In this document: piece after piece, positions 28,570-38,934 of the stretch
Layout: each line of letters opens with the position of its first letter
Position numbering within the stretch: the stretch's first letter is position 1
Assembly: GCA_027459825.1 (NCBI GenBank)
Contig: DAIDGT010000001.1
Coordinates: 37,884 to 101,883, forward strand
Length of the DNA: 64,000 nucleotides
Direction: 5' to 3'
DNA from: a bacterium
Lineage (GTDB): Bacteria; Patescibacteriota; Dojkabacteria; JAKAPS01; JAJZLI01
The notes under the pieces: model-generated
Database searches by the model: none
Seen by the model: only the letters and a program-made list of their open reading frames with translations
What the model was told of the DNA's origin: nothing
Translations under genes and position numbers: made by a program

Positions 28570-29826
28570 TCACCTTTTGTTTTTATCAATCTTTAAAAGA
28601 TCTCTACTTTCAAAAGCATCAAAGAACCAATCGAATAAAATTTTAATTTTTGATCCTTTCCCAAACATCATTGAAAGATAAAAAAACTTCCATAATACCC
28701 AAGCGGTAAACCCCAAAAACAGCATACTCCCAACTTCCGAAGCAGCATTAAATCTTCCAAGTGATAATAGAAAACCTTTTAGACTATTCCTATATTTCAC
28801 AAGAGGTTTTCCTTCTATACTTTGTAATATATTGTAAGCACATACCTTAGCCTCATCAATTGCAACCTGAGCAAGCTGAGGAACTGGATGATCTTTTATG
28901 TCAGAAACATCTCCAATTGCAAAGATATGCGCATATCCTTCCAAATTCAAATAATCAGTAACAGTGATACGTTTAGTGATATCAAAACTAGGTAAATTCA
29001 TCTCTGGAGTATTCGGTAAAACGCCTCCCGCCCAGATCAATAGATCAAAATGTGCACTCTCACCACTCTTTAAAACTAAGGTTGCCTCCTCAACTTTTTG
29101 CACAGCAGCATCTAACCTTAGAGATATCCTTCCTTTTTTAAAAGCATTCTTTACTGATTTCTTGAGAACATCAGGAAATCCATTAAGAAAGTTCTCAGTT
29201 GCATTAAAAATTGAAATTTTTATATTTTCTTTTTTTATACTTTTATATAAAGGGGCTAAATTGTCAGTTAAATCAGATAATTCAGTTGCAATCTCTATTC
29301 CTGTTGGACCACCACCAACAACAATAATTGAAATTTCACTATCAGATGAGCTTTCCTCCCTACCTTCAAATAAAGCAATAACCTTATTTTTCAATTCTGC
29401 GGCATCGTCTATTGTTTTTAAAGGATATGAGTATTCTTTTGCTCCCTCTATACCTCTATAGTTAGTCGATGCCCCAGTTGCAATTACAAGGTAATCAAAA
29501 TTTATACTCGTATGTTCTAATTTTACTATTCTGGCATTTACATCAATAGATACAACTTTATCAAGTATAAAATCACCCACACAACAGTTTATATTTTCTC
29601 TAATTGGAGAAATAATATCCTCAGGCCTTAGTAAACCTGATGCAACTTCATGTAACAATGGTGTAAATTGGAAGTAATTCACATCAGATACCATATAAAA
29701 AGATACTCCAAAGCCATGAACAAGCTTATGTAAATACTGATAGACATTAACTCCAGCAAAGCCAGACCCCAGTATAACTACTTTAATATTAGAATCTTTG
29801 TGCACCTTTTGATTTTTTTTCTTCAT
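28570..29826 (-). CDS. type II NADH:quinone oxidoreductase-like FAD/NAD(P)-binding protein
   Basis: Two Rossmann dinucleotide motifs, VVILGSGFAGV and IVVGGGPTGIE. Confidence 0.7.
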   Translation of the reverse strand: MKKKNQKVHKDSNIKVVILGSGFAGVNVYQYLHKLVHGFGVSFYMVSDVNYFQFTPLLHEVASGLLRPEDIISPIRENINCCVGDFILDKVVSIDVNARIVKLEHTSINFDYLVIATGASTNYRGIEGAKEYSYPLKTIDDAAELKNKVIALFEGREESSSDSEISIIVVGGGPTGIEIATELSDLTDNLAPLYKSIKKENIKISIFNATENFLNGFPDVLKKSVKNAFKKGRISLRLDAAVQKVEEATLVLKSGESAHFDLLIWAGGVLPNTPEMNLPSFDITKRITVTDYLNLEGYAHIFAIGDVSDIKDHPVPQLAQVAIDEAKVCAYNILQSIEGKPLVKYRNSLKGFLLSLGRFNAASEVGSMLFLGFTAWVLWKFFYLSMMFGKGSKIKILFDWFFDAFESRDLLKIDKNKR

Positions 29827-30568
29827 ATGCTTTAATATCTGCAGCCTTTAAAGTTTCATCTAAACTATGATTATGAACAGATGAGAGGGCATACCCCCTT
29901 GAAAAACTAACAGGAGTATTCATGTGTACTAAATTTTTATTAATTGCTTCATTGATTCTTTCTGCTATACCTGCAAGTCCATGTTCTCCATCCTCAGTAA
30001 AATCTCCTCCATCATCTCTAACCAAATCCCTTACAATTACACAAAATTCATCTCCACCCATTCTAACACAATAGTCATATGGACGAGTTTGCTCTTTGAT
30101 AACTTTAATAGCATCAGAAAACGCTTTTATATATGCATCACCCTCTGCATGTCCTAAAGTATCATTAACCTTTTTGAGTCCATCTAAATCAAAGAACATA
30201 ACACCAAAAGGAAACCCCACACGAGAAAGATTCTCCAGTAAACCTTTTTGAGCTTTAAGATATCCCCTATTATATGCTCCTGTCAGTTCATCAAGTCTAG
30301 ATTTTTCAATTTCTTCACTCTGCTTCGCAATCTCATCCTCCTGCATTGCAATTCTATGGTCTTTAGAAGCCAACTCTTCCTCCTGAAGAGCAATAATTGC
30401 ATCTTTTTTTGCAATTAGTGAAGTTAACTCATCAAGTCTTGCCTGCATAGACTCAACTAAACCAATTTCACCCCCAGACTGAGTTAGCCTCCTCAAATCA
30501 CTTCTAGTAACATTTAACTCTTGAAAAATATTTGCCTCACCCTTGGTATCCTCTGTTTCAGAAAACAT
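29789..30568 (-). CDS. GGDEF-domain diguanylate cyclase with N-terminal coiled coil
   Basis: The RMGGDEFCV active-site motif is present. Confidence 0.85.
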   Translation of the reverse strand: MFSETEDTKGEANIFQELNVTRSDLRRLTQSGGEIGLVESMQARLDELTSLIAKKDAIIALQEEELASKDHRIAMQEDEIAKQSEEIEKSRLDELTGAYNRGYLKAQKGLLENLSRVGFPFGVMFFDLDGLKKVNDTLGHAEGDAYIKAFSDAIKVIKEQTRPYDYCVRMGGDEFCVIVRDLVRDDGGDFTEDGEHGLAGIAERINEAINKNLVHMNTPVSFSRGYALSSVHNHSLDETLKAADIKAYEEKKSKGAQRF

Positions 30569-30621
30569 AAAAATATTATAACATCCTAATTTTCATAAAT
30601 AAATTCAACATAAGAAACACC

Positions 30622-31890
30622 TTGTTTTTGAAAGATATTAACTATAATATGTATATTATGGAGCAGTATAATTACGAAATAACCAACCCAAACGGAAAGA
30701 TAGAAAAAGGTACAATATCCGCATCAACAAGAGAGGAAGCATACAAAATACTTCATGACCAAGGAAATACTGTTTTAAATATAGAAGTTACAAAAGGAAC
30801 AAAAACTGCGTCCAAAGGCACAAAAGTAAATACACTAGAATTAATAATATTTTTCGACCACATGCAAAAAATGATAGACGCAGGGTTATCTCTTTCAGAT
30901 ACCCTAACTGCATTAGTTGATGATGCACAGACCCCATCATTTAAGAATGTAATAATGGAGTTAAAACATGAAGTTGAAACAGGGAACAAACTATCTATAG
31001 GACTTCAAAAGTATCCTAAAACATTTTCACATGTAGTTACAAAAATGATAGAAGTTGGAGAGACAAGCGGAACATTATCAGAAAGTGCAAAAATGGTAAA
31101 AGATGACCTACAAAAAAGTTATGATTTAAAGAAAAAAGTTAGAGGAGCGATGCTTTACCCATTAATCATTGGATCAGTCATGCTTATTGTAGGCATTGGC
31201 CTTGTTATATTTGTATTTCCTCAACTAGGAACTATATTTGCAACATCAGGACTCAAACTCCCCCTACCAACTCGTATAATGCTTGGAATATCAAAATTAC
31301 TTACCACAAAAGCATACATAGGTGTACCATCACTTATAGCAATTATTATAATAGTCAAGTTATTAATAGCAAAACCATATTTCAAGCTTTTATGGAACAG
31401 AATGTCAATTAGATTACCCATACTTGGGCCAATTATAAGAAATATAAGTATTGCAACATTTTCAAGAACTTTTGGACATCTAATACAAAGCGGAATACAA
31501 ATTAATCAAGCAGTAGAAATTACAAAAGATTCAATGACAAATGAAGAATACAAAATGGTAATTGAAGAATTATCAAAAGAAATTCAAAAGGGAGCACCTA
31601 TATCATCAACACTAGAAAAGTATCCGAAGCTTTTCCCTCCCATCTCTGTACGTATGATAGCCGTAGGAGACAAGACAGGAAACACTGCAGAAATGCTAAA
31701 TTCAGTTGCGGTTTTTTACCAGACACAAGTAGACGATACTTTAGATAACCTTTCTACCATAATTGAACCAATAATGCTTTTCATAATGGGTGGAGGAGTA
31801 TTGCTGATTGCTCTATCCGTAATAATGCCAATTTATCAAATGACTGGATCTATAAATGCAAACACTGGATCGACACAAACTGGGGGATAA
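30622..31890 (+). CDS. pilC: type IV pilus inner-membrane platform protein PilC (GspF family)
   Basis: Two repeated T2SSF domains separated by TM helices. Confidence 0.9.
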   Translation: MFLKDINYNMYIMEQYNYEITNPNGKIEKGTISASTREEAYKILHDQGNTVLNIEVTKGTKTASKGTKVNTLELIIFFDHMQKMIDAGLSLSDTLTALVDDAQTPSFKNVIMELKHEVETGNKLSIGLQKYPKTFSHVVTKMIEVGETSGTLSESAKMVKDDLQKSYDLKKKVRGAMLYPLIIGSVMLIVGIGLVIFVFPQLGTIFATSGLKLPLPTRIMLGISKLLTTKAYIGVPSLIAIIIIVKLLIAKPYFKLLWNRMSIRLPILGPIIRNISIATFSRTFGHLIQSGIQINQAVEITKDSMTNEEYKMVIEELSKEIQKGAPISSTLEKYPKLFPPISVRMIAVGDKTGNTAEMLNSVAVFYQTQVDDTLDNLSTIIEPIMLFIMGGGVLLIALSVIMPIYQMTGSINANTGSTQTGG

Positions 31891-31894
31891 AAAT

Positions 31895-32341
31895 ATGAAA
31901 GAAGGATTTACTCTTATAGAAATAATACTTGCAATAACTATAGTTGCAATATTAATGCTAGGAGCATTTTTTTCCTATGTGACATTATATTCTCATTCAA
32001 ATGTAGCCAGCGGAATACAAATAGTTGAATATGCGGTAAAACAAGCACAAGATGATGCAATTGATGAATATAAAGGATACTCTGAATATGGAGTATACTT
32101 TGATAACAATACTGTGACAATATTTCCCGGAACAACATACACTCAAGGATCTTCAACAAATGTAGTATATGCATTACCTTTTGCAATAGAAATTACAAAT
32201 ATAAATCCCACAGACCATAATCCAATAATATTTGACGGGGTTAATGGTCAATTAGGAAATGATGGATTATCAGTAACAATAGGAAATTCAAACTTTGTAA
32301 ATACTATAAGTATAAACCAAAATGGAGCAATCTCTCAATAA
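31895..32341 (+). CDS. type IV prepilin (class III signal peptide MKEG|FTLIEI)
   Basis: GGGGGA Shine-Dalgarno-like element 7 nt upstream of the ATG at 31895. Canonical G-1, F+1, E+5 and a hydrophobic helix. The six-frame ORF starts earlier, at 31856. Confidence 0.75.
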   Translation: MKEGFTLIEIILAITIVAILMLGAFFSYVTLYSHSNVASGIQIVEYAVKQAQDDAIDEYKGYSEYGVYFDNNTVTIFPGTTYTQGSSTNVVYALPFAIEITNINPTDHNPIIFDGVNGQLGNDGLSVTIGNSNFVNTISINQNGAISQ

Positions 32342-32819
32342 CAATAAAGGACAAGTCCTTATAGACTTGATACTAGCAGTCATGGTACTAGGTATTATAA
32401 GCGTAATAGCATTAAACTTATTATCTTCCCTATCAAAGTCAATAGAGATAGCAAAACAAAAGCTTGAGGCCAAATACTTACTACAACAAGAAATGGAGAG
32501 CTTATATGCTATAGAATACCAATCTTGGTCATACTTACAAAATGGAGAATACTATTTATCATATAATTCAGTAAATAATCCCCCATCACAAATCCAAGGA
32601 TGGTATTTAACCTTGGGGTCTCAAACATATAATGAATATACAGAATATATAACAATCTCCCCTGCCTATAGACAAGATGCAAATACACTAACAACAGATT
32701 CTTCCTACCCCAATGATACAAATACAAAAGAGGTAACAGCAACAGTATCATTTAAATCATTTGGAAAAACATATACATACAATGACAGTGAATACTTTAC
32801 TAATTGGCAACAATTTTAA
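32322..32819 (+). CDS. pilin-like protein (degenerate prepilin N-terminus KG|QVLIDLILAV)
   Basis: Hydrophobic N-terminal helix with D at +5, inside a tandem pilin gene array. Confidence 0.4.
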   Translation: MEQSLNNNKGQVLIDLILAVMVLGIISVIALNLLSSLSKSIEIAKQKLEAKYLLQQEMESLYAIEYQSWSYLQNGEYYLSYNSVNNPPSQIQGWYLTLGSQTYNEYTEYITISPAYRQDANTLTTDSSYPNDTNTKEVTATVSFKSFGKTYTYNDSEYFTNWQQF

Positions 32820-33313
32820 TGAGAAATATTGAAGGATATACATTAATAGAAATTATAATTTACATAGCAATACTTTCTGTTGTTCTTGTTATTATAACAA
32901 TAATTATTATAATGATACTCCAAACACAAAATAAAATTATCACAATAGCAAATGCAAATGAAACAACAAGAATAGCCCTTAAAGAGATAACTCAAAATAT
33001 TGAAGATGGATATCAGGTAGAATCTCCAAACCCAGGGTCAACACAATCAGATAAATTAACGGTAGAAACTGACTCCACTGGAGATACCATAAGTTTCTAC
33101 ACTCAAAATGGAATTATTTACTCAAAATACAATGACAATACCCCAATACAAGTATCTTCTTCAAATATTTTTACGTATAATCTGTCCTTTCAGGAAGAAG
33201 CAAACACGGGGATGTCTCCTACTATATTTATAACACTTACAGAGAAAAATGTAGGTTCTACGGGACAACAAACATCAAAAACATATGAAACTACTGCAAC
33301 ACAAAGGAGATAA
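32819..33313 (+). CDS. type IV prepilin (MRNIEG|YTLIEI)
   Basis: ATG at 32819 overlaps the upstream stop (TAATG). G-1, E+5 and a hydrophobic helix. Confidence 0.7.
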   Translation: MRNIEGYTLIEIIIYIAILSVVLVIITIIIIMILQTQNKIITIANANETTRIALKEITQNIEDGYQVESPNPGSTQSDKLTVETDSTGDTISFYTQNGIIYSKYNDNTPIQVSSSNIFTYNLSFQEEANTGMSPTIFITLTEKNVGSTGQQTSKTYETTATQRR

Positions 33314-34703
33314 CAACAAAGGTCAAACAGCTATAATTGCAGCTGTAATAATTATGGCAATAATGCTTACTGCCATAACAACAATAGGTTATGTAGTATT
33401 AGGAGAATATAAACTATCTCAAAATGACGTTCTTGCATCTCAAACAAGATATTTTGCAGAATCTGGAATAGAAAATGCTCTCTTACAAATAGGTCAAAAT
33501 TCTTCCTACACTGGAGGATCATTTGTATCTCCAATTAATTCTCAAATAAACGGAACAGACAGTGTAACAGTCTCATATAATACTACAGACAATCCAGAAC
33601 AGGCTACAATTACCTCAGATGCAACAGTATATCAACAAGGAACATCAAATGTATTGTACACAAAGACAATACAAGTTGTTGCATCTTTGGGAACAATTCC
33701 ACAAATAGATAATTATGCTATTTTTGCAAACAACTATATATATGGAACACAATTTACAATAAACGGAGATGTGCAATCAAACAATTTACTTTATCTCCAA
33801 AACGGAACAATAAATGCACAAAATATCAATGCAGTAGGTCAAGGAGGAGGAGCATTTAATAATATTGATGGTATGACAATAAATAATAATGGAGGAGTGG
33901 TAAATCTTAATGGAAATTATATATTATCTTTCATCAATGATACTAATATAACAGGAGAATTAGGATGTGGAACAGCATTTTGGGGAGGATCATCTTGCAT
34001 AGTCACAAACAGCACAATAGGAAGCCAATCACAAGTTAGCGCACCACCACCAATTACACTACCAACTTTTGATACATCAACATGGGAAACATATGCACAA
34101 AACCATGGCACATTCTTTAGTAGTACACCCTCATTTTATGCATACCTTGAAAATTATTCATCCATATCAGATGGAATTGATACACTATCACCCCCAGCAG
34201 GGGTATATTACATAGATGCAAATATAAATGAACAGACACTTCCTTCACAGGACAGTCAAGGGAACTATATAACATATAATTTTACGGGATCCACAATAAT
34301 AACTAAGGTCGCTTTCGGAATAACTGCAGGATATATACAAACCTCTCCATTCTTAGATAGTAGTACAGGAAAATACCTACCCGCAATAGTTACAGGAAAA
34401 CAAGGAATAGACATGGATCAACCAGGAGGAAACACAAATACACAAATCAACATTACAGGAATAATCTACTCTTTAGGACAGATATCAATTGGAGGGGTAG
34501 ATAATTATGTACAAAATTTTACAGGCACAGTAACCATAAATGGAGCCTTATGGTCAGGAAATGCAGTAACAATTAATGAAGCTGACGATGCACAATCAGC
34601 CCAACAAACAATATCTCTTGATTCAAATATAGTTAACAATACTGAAGGCTTTAACACAACACAAACGTCAACCCAAATAATATCCTGGAATGAAATTAAC
34701 TAA
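33285..34703 (+). CDS. large minor-pilin-like protein (N-terminal pilin-like helix, about 470 aa)
   Basis: N-terminal KG|QTAIIAAVIIMAI hydrophobic helix with no E+5, followed by a large Asn/Thr-rich extracellular region. Position suggests a tip or minor pilin. Confidence 0.4.
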   Translation: MKLLQHKGDNNKGQTAIIAAVIIMAIMLTAITTIGYVVLGEYKLSQNDVLASQTRYFAESGIENALLQIGQNSSYTGGSFVSPINSQINGTDSVTVSYNTTDNPEQATITSDATVYQQGTSNVLYTKTIQVVASLGTIPQIDNYAIFANNYIYGTQFTINGDVQSNNLLYLQNGTINAQNINAVGQGGGAFNNIDGMTINNNGGVVNLNGNYILSFINDTNITGELGCGTAFWGGSSCIVTNSTIGSQSQVSAPPPITLPTFDTSTWETYAQNHGTFFSSTPSFYAYLENYSSISDGIDTLSPPAGVYYIDANINEQTLPSQDSQGNYITYNFTGSTIITKVAFGITAGYIQTSPFLDSSTGKYLPAIVTGKQGIDMDQPGGNTNTQINITGIIYSLGQISIGGVDNYVQNFTGTVTINGALWSGNAVTINEADDAQSAQQTISLDSNIVNNTEGFNTTQTSTQIISWNEIN

Positions 34704-34734
34704 CAACTTTACTTGAAATTATTTTAAGTATAAT

Positions 34735-37700
34735 ATGTATTACATGTTACGCAAGAGTAGGATCAGTTTTGATATTTTAAAAAAATTTTTCATTTCAAAA
34801 GTCAAAATATCGAGAAATAAGCTTAATAAATTTATAGTAATAGCTATACTTATCGGTGTATTAATAGGCATATATACTATTGCAAGTGGTATATTTACAA
34901 AAATATTCGCAACCTCACAGGGATCAATCACATACAATAGTGCATCACAATTTAGTAATGGAACTCTTACATCTACCCAGATTAATGGATCTTCTGTTGA
35001 ATTAGGACCAGGAAATGGAGGTTATGACAATACAAGTTACTTCTCCCAAATCACTTTAGATAACACAACTCCATATGCAACAATGTCTGATTATATAATC
35101 TCACTAAGTGTAAATACTCAAAGTCTAATATCTAACGGATACATGCAATCTACCTGTAACGATATAAGATTCCTTGATTCTGATAATAGTACACCTCTTA
35201 ACTACAACATAATATCAGGATGTAACAGTACAAACACAATAATATATGTAGAAATTCCTGAGTCAATAGCATCAAGTTCGTCAAAAACTATATATATGTA
35301 CTATGGAAATTCATCTCTCGCATCTGGAGCAGATATATCTCTACCGCCAGGGGATCCAACATTAGAAGCAGACTCTTTACATGAAATAGATCAACCCCAA
35401 GTACTACCTTATGCCTTTTATGACCCATCTACGAGTATATATACATATTTTGTAGTAGCAAATGGGACACCAACATATACAGGAGGAACAAGCGTATCTA
35501 TAACAGCAGTACATCCAGGATCTGCAGCATATGATTATTACTATGTAACATCTTCTTCAGAGCTAACAACCCTTAATGGAGTCAGTAGTTTTGTATATAG
35601 AGAAGCCACAGTATTTCAAGCAAACACATGGTGGTCTTCTCAAACAGTATTATCAATTCCAACAGGATACAGTCAAGTTATGGCTATGGGAGTAACTGAA
35701 GATTTGGGAATTTCTTTATGGGAGACAATAGTCGATAGTAACACTTATGGATATTCTGCAAATGTTTCTATGCATGAAACACTTACGGATATAAGTCCAA
35801 CAACTACTCACTCAGTTAAAGTTACATATTCATCAGGTTGCTGCGGAATTGAATTTGCATTTGCAGCAGCATATTATGAACCAACAATAACTATAGGAGC
35901 ACAACAAAATGCCTTTGCCACGACAGGAACATGGATATCACCTGCAATAAATACAATATGGAATGGTGGTTGGGGCGATGGGTCTACTACCACAAGCACT
36001 GCTTTTACTGCTACTGTTGCCAACACATCTTCTTCTCAAACTGTAGACGTGAAGATTAGATCAGCTTCTTCTTCCTCTGCCCTCTCCTCTGCTACATACT
36101 ATGATCTAGGTACCATATCTTCTGGAACTTCATTCTCTGTTGACCAATCTACATTCACGTCTCTTGGTGTTCCCGCCGATCAATATATTCAAATAGAATT
36201 GACTCTTAGTCAATCTGACTATGCTACTCCTTCTTTGAGTAGCTTCACAATATACTACGCTCAGGACAATACTCCTCCTGAGACAAACGCATCTAACATT
36301 GCTATGCAAACTCAAGCTTCTGGGGGACTAAACATTCCTGCTTCGGGATGGGACAACTCTTCTACTCCATACTTCTCATGGAATGCAGGATATGATTCTC
36401 AATCTGGTATCAAGGGATACTGCCTATACATAGGAACAAGTTCTTCTGGAAACCCTGCAACTTCTGAAGGATTACTAGGAACTTCCCCTGTTACAATACA
36501 AAATGGAGTTTGTCAGTTTGTAGTATCTACAAATTATGTTGATTTATCAAATCTATCTTACCAAGGATCTACATGGTTAACTTCATCTACTTCACCTTAC
36601 TACCTTAATGTATCTGCTATTGATAATATGAACAATGTTGATACATCTCCTGTTTCTTTTGAATTCTACTTTGACAATACTCCTCCTTTAAATGTCGCAT
36701 ACATATCATGTCCTAATGAAAACTTCTCCAATGTGTCTGACATGTCTTTTGCTTGGCCATCATCTGGAACAGACTCTTCATCTGATGCTATCTCTGGTGT
36801 ACTAGGGTGGCAATATCAAATTAACTCTACATCTGGTACATGGAAGGGTACTAATACTGATTCAACTCTTGGGATAACATACATTCCATACACATCATCA
36901 TCATACAAACTAACAGACGCTCAGGATGGATCATCAATATCTCCAGGACAGAATATTGTGTACTTCAGAACTGTTAATAACTCAGGAGTTGCATCCATAT
37001 CTTCTACATACAGAACATGTAACCTTGATTATCAGGGAGCTGCCCCTGTCTTTGCTTCAGGATCTAGTGTAACAGTATTACCTTCTACATCTACAACTAA
37101 CAGTTTTGCTATCTCATGGCCTACTGCTACTGCAACATCTGGACAAAGTGTAGCTCACTACTACTACATGATTAATACTCCTCCACCTTCTCTGTTATCT
37201 ACCTTGCAAGATAACCCTGGAACATATATTGACAACGGAGATAGCACTTCTATCCCTACAACAGCACTCGCTAACGTTGGAAAGGGTGTTAATACAATAT
37301 ATGTGGTTGCTATTGATAACAGTAATCCTCCAAATTACTCTCCTTCAAACGACATTACAGGATCATTTACTCTAAACTCAACAAACCCTGATCCTGTTGG
37401 GAATTTGATTGCTACAGACTCATCTATTAAAGCACAACAAAAGTGGAATGTTACTCTAACATGGACAGCTCCTGCTTATCAAGGTGCAGGAAATCTACAA
37501 TACCTGATATACAGATCTTCAAACAATGTGAACTTTTCTAATGTTGGTTCAACTACAGGATTATCATACGTTGATAATACTCCACTGTCTGCTCTGTACT
37601 ACTACTATGTTGTTGCAGAGGATGGTGCTAGAGCTATGAGTTCTAACTCCCTTACCGTATCAATTACCCCTACAGGAAGGTACACCACTCCCGCAAATTT

Positions 37701-38925
37701 GGAGACTGGACCTACCGTCACTGCAATATCAGATAACTCTGCCACAATATCGTGGTCTACTGACAGAAACTCTGATTCAAAGATCGAATATGGAACATCT
37801 TCTGGAACATATTACACTACAGAACCTTATGTACCTGCGCAGGTAACAGCTCATGTGATAGTGCTAACTAACCTGTCACCTTCAACAACCTACTATTACA
37901 AGGCATTATGGACAGATACTGATGGTAATACAGGATCATCAACAGAGAGTACATTCACTACAAATCCTCCGCCTGAGGTTAGTAATGTATCGGTTAACAA
38001 TGTAGGATTACATAGCGCATACATTTCATTCGCAATTTCAAATGCTGTACAGGCTCAGATTCAATATGGAACTACTAACTCTTTCGGCGGAAATGTTATA
38101 GTTGATACTTCACCAAATGAAAGTCCATATTCAGTACCTCTCACAAACCTTGCTTCAGGTACTAGGTACTACTACAGGGTAGTTATGTCAGATCCTAGTG
38201 GAGAAAGTTTTAATAGTGATACATATGATAATCTGATAACTCTACCACAACCAACAATTTCCAATATAGAAATTGATGCTATAGCAAACTCACCAGAACC
38301 AGGAGTCCTAATACAATGGAATACAAATACAGCAATGTCATCTGTAATATCGTATTGGCAAGGAAACAATACTGGCAATCCAACAGTAATTGCAAATACA
38401 AAATTAACCACAGGCAAACACCAAGTAGCAATAACACCACTTAATGCAAAAACAGTCTATAGCTTAATAATAAAAGGAGATGATGCTTATGGAAACCAGG
38501 CAGTATCGGATACACAAACCTTTACATCTGCTACAGATACAGTTCCTCCAACCATAACCAATATAACTGTACAAAGTCAAATTATGTCAGGGGCATCCGG
38601 AAACAAATCACAAATTATCGTGTCATGGACTACTGATAAACCTGCTACTTCTCAAGTTGAATTTAATCAGGGAGCTGGAGGAACATATTCACAGAAAAGT
38701 TCTGAAGATAGTCACTATGTACTAAATCACATCGTAGTCATATCAAACCTACCTACTTCTACTGTATATCACCTTAAAGCTATATCTAATGACGAAAGTG
38801 GAAATACTGGATACTCCTCTGATAATATTACTATTACTCCTCAGGCTACCGAAAGTGCTCTAAACCTGGTACTTGGTAATCTTGAGCAAGTTTTTGGATT
38901 TTTAGGGAATTTAAATGTGCCATAA
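34735..38925 (+). CDS. giant surface protein A (signal anchor, DUF2341-like domain, unique beta-rich module, Fn3-like repeats, conserved C-terminal tag)
   Basis: 1396 aa. N-terminal TM, then DIRFLDSDNSTPLNY...IYMYYGN (DUF2341-like), multiple WSTDRNSDSKIEYG...TTYYYKA repeats (Fn3/purple-acid-phosphatase-N-like), and the C-terminus ITITPQATESALNLVLGNLEQVFGFLGNLNV. Confidence 0.7.
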   Translation: MYYMLRKSRISFDILKKFFISKVKISRNKLNKFIVIAILIGVLIGIYTIASGIFTKIFATSQGSITYNSASQFSNGTLTSTQINGSSVELGPGNGGYDNTSYFSQITLDNTTPYATMSDYIISLSVNTQSLISNGYMQSTCNDIRFLDSDNSTPLNYNIISGCNSTNTIIYVEIPESIASSSSKTIYMYYGNSSLASGADISLPPGDPTLEADSLHEIDQPQVLPYAFYDPSTSIYTYFVVANGTPTYTGGTSVSITAVHPGSAAYDYYYVTSSSELTTLNGVSSFVYREATVFQANTWWSSQTVLSIPTGYSQVMAMGVTEDLGISLWETIVDSNTYGYSANVSMHETLTDISPTTTHSVKVTYSSGCCGIEFAFAAAYYEPTITIGAQQNAFATTGTWISPAINTIWNGGWGDGSTTTSTAFTATVANTSSSQTVDVKIRSASSSSALSSATYYDLGTISSGTSFSVDQSTFTSLGVPADQYIQIELTLSQSDYATPSLSSFTIYYAQDNTPPETNASNIAMQTQASGGLNIPASGWDNSSTPYFSWNAGYDSQSGIKGYCLYIGTSSSGNPATSEGLLGTSPVTIQNGVCQFVVSTNYVDLSNLSYQGSTWLTSSTSPYYLNVSAIDNMNNVDTSPVSFEFYFDNTPPLNVAYISCPNENFSNVSDMSFAWPSSGTDSSSDAISGVLGWQYQINSTSGTWKGTNTDSTLGITYIPYTSSSYKLTDAQDGSSISPGQNIVYFRTVNNSGVASISSTYRTCNLDYQGAAPVFASGSSVTVLPSTSTTNSFAISWPTATATSGQSVAHYYYMINTPPPSLLSTLQDNPGTYIDNGDSTSIPTTALANVGKGVNTIYVVAIDNSNPPNYSPSNDITGSFTLNSTNPDPVGNLIATDSSIKAQQKWNVTLTWTAPAYQGAGNLQYLIYRSSNNVNFSNVGSTTGLSYVDNTPLSALYYYYVVAEDGARAMSSNSLTVSITPTGRYTTPANLETGPTVTAISDNSATISWSTDRNSDSKIEYGTSSGTYYTTEPYVPAQVTAHVIVLTNLSPSTTYYYKALWTDTDGNTGSSTESTFTTNPPPEVSNVSVNNVGLHSAYISFAISNAVQAQIQYGTTNSFGGNVIVDTSPNESPYSVPLTNLASGTRYYYRVVMSDPSGESFNSDTYDNLITLPQPTISNIEIDAIANSPEPGVLIQWNTNTAMSSVISYWQGNNTGNPTVIANTKLTTGKHQVAITPLNAKTVYSLIIKGDDAYGNQAVSDTQTFTSATDTVPPTITNITVQSQIMSGASGNKSQIIVSWTTDKPATSQVEFNQGAGGTYSQKSSEDSHYVLNHIVVISNLPTSTVYHLKAISNDESGNTGYSSDNITITPQATESALNLVLGNLEQVFGFLGNLNVP

Positions 38926-38934
38926 TTAGAGGAA

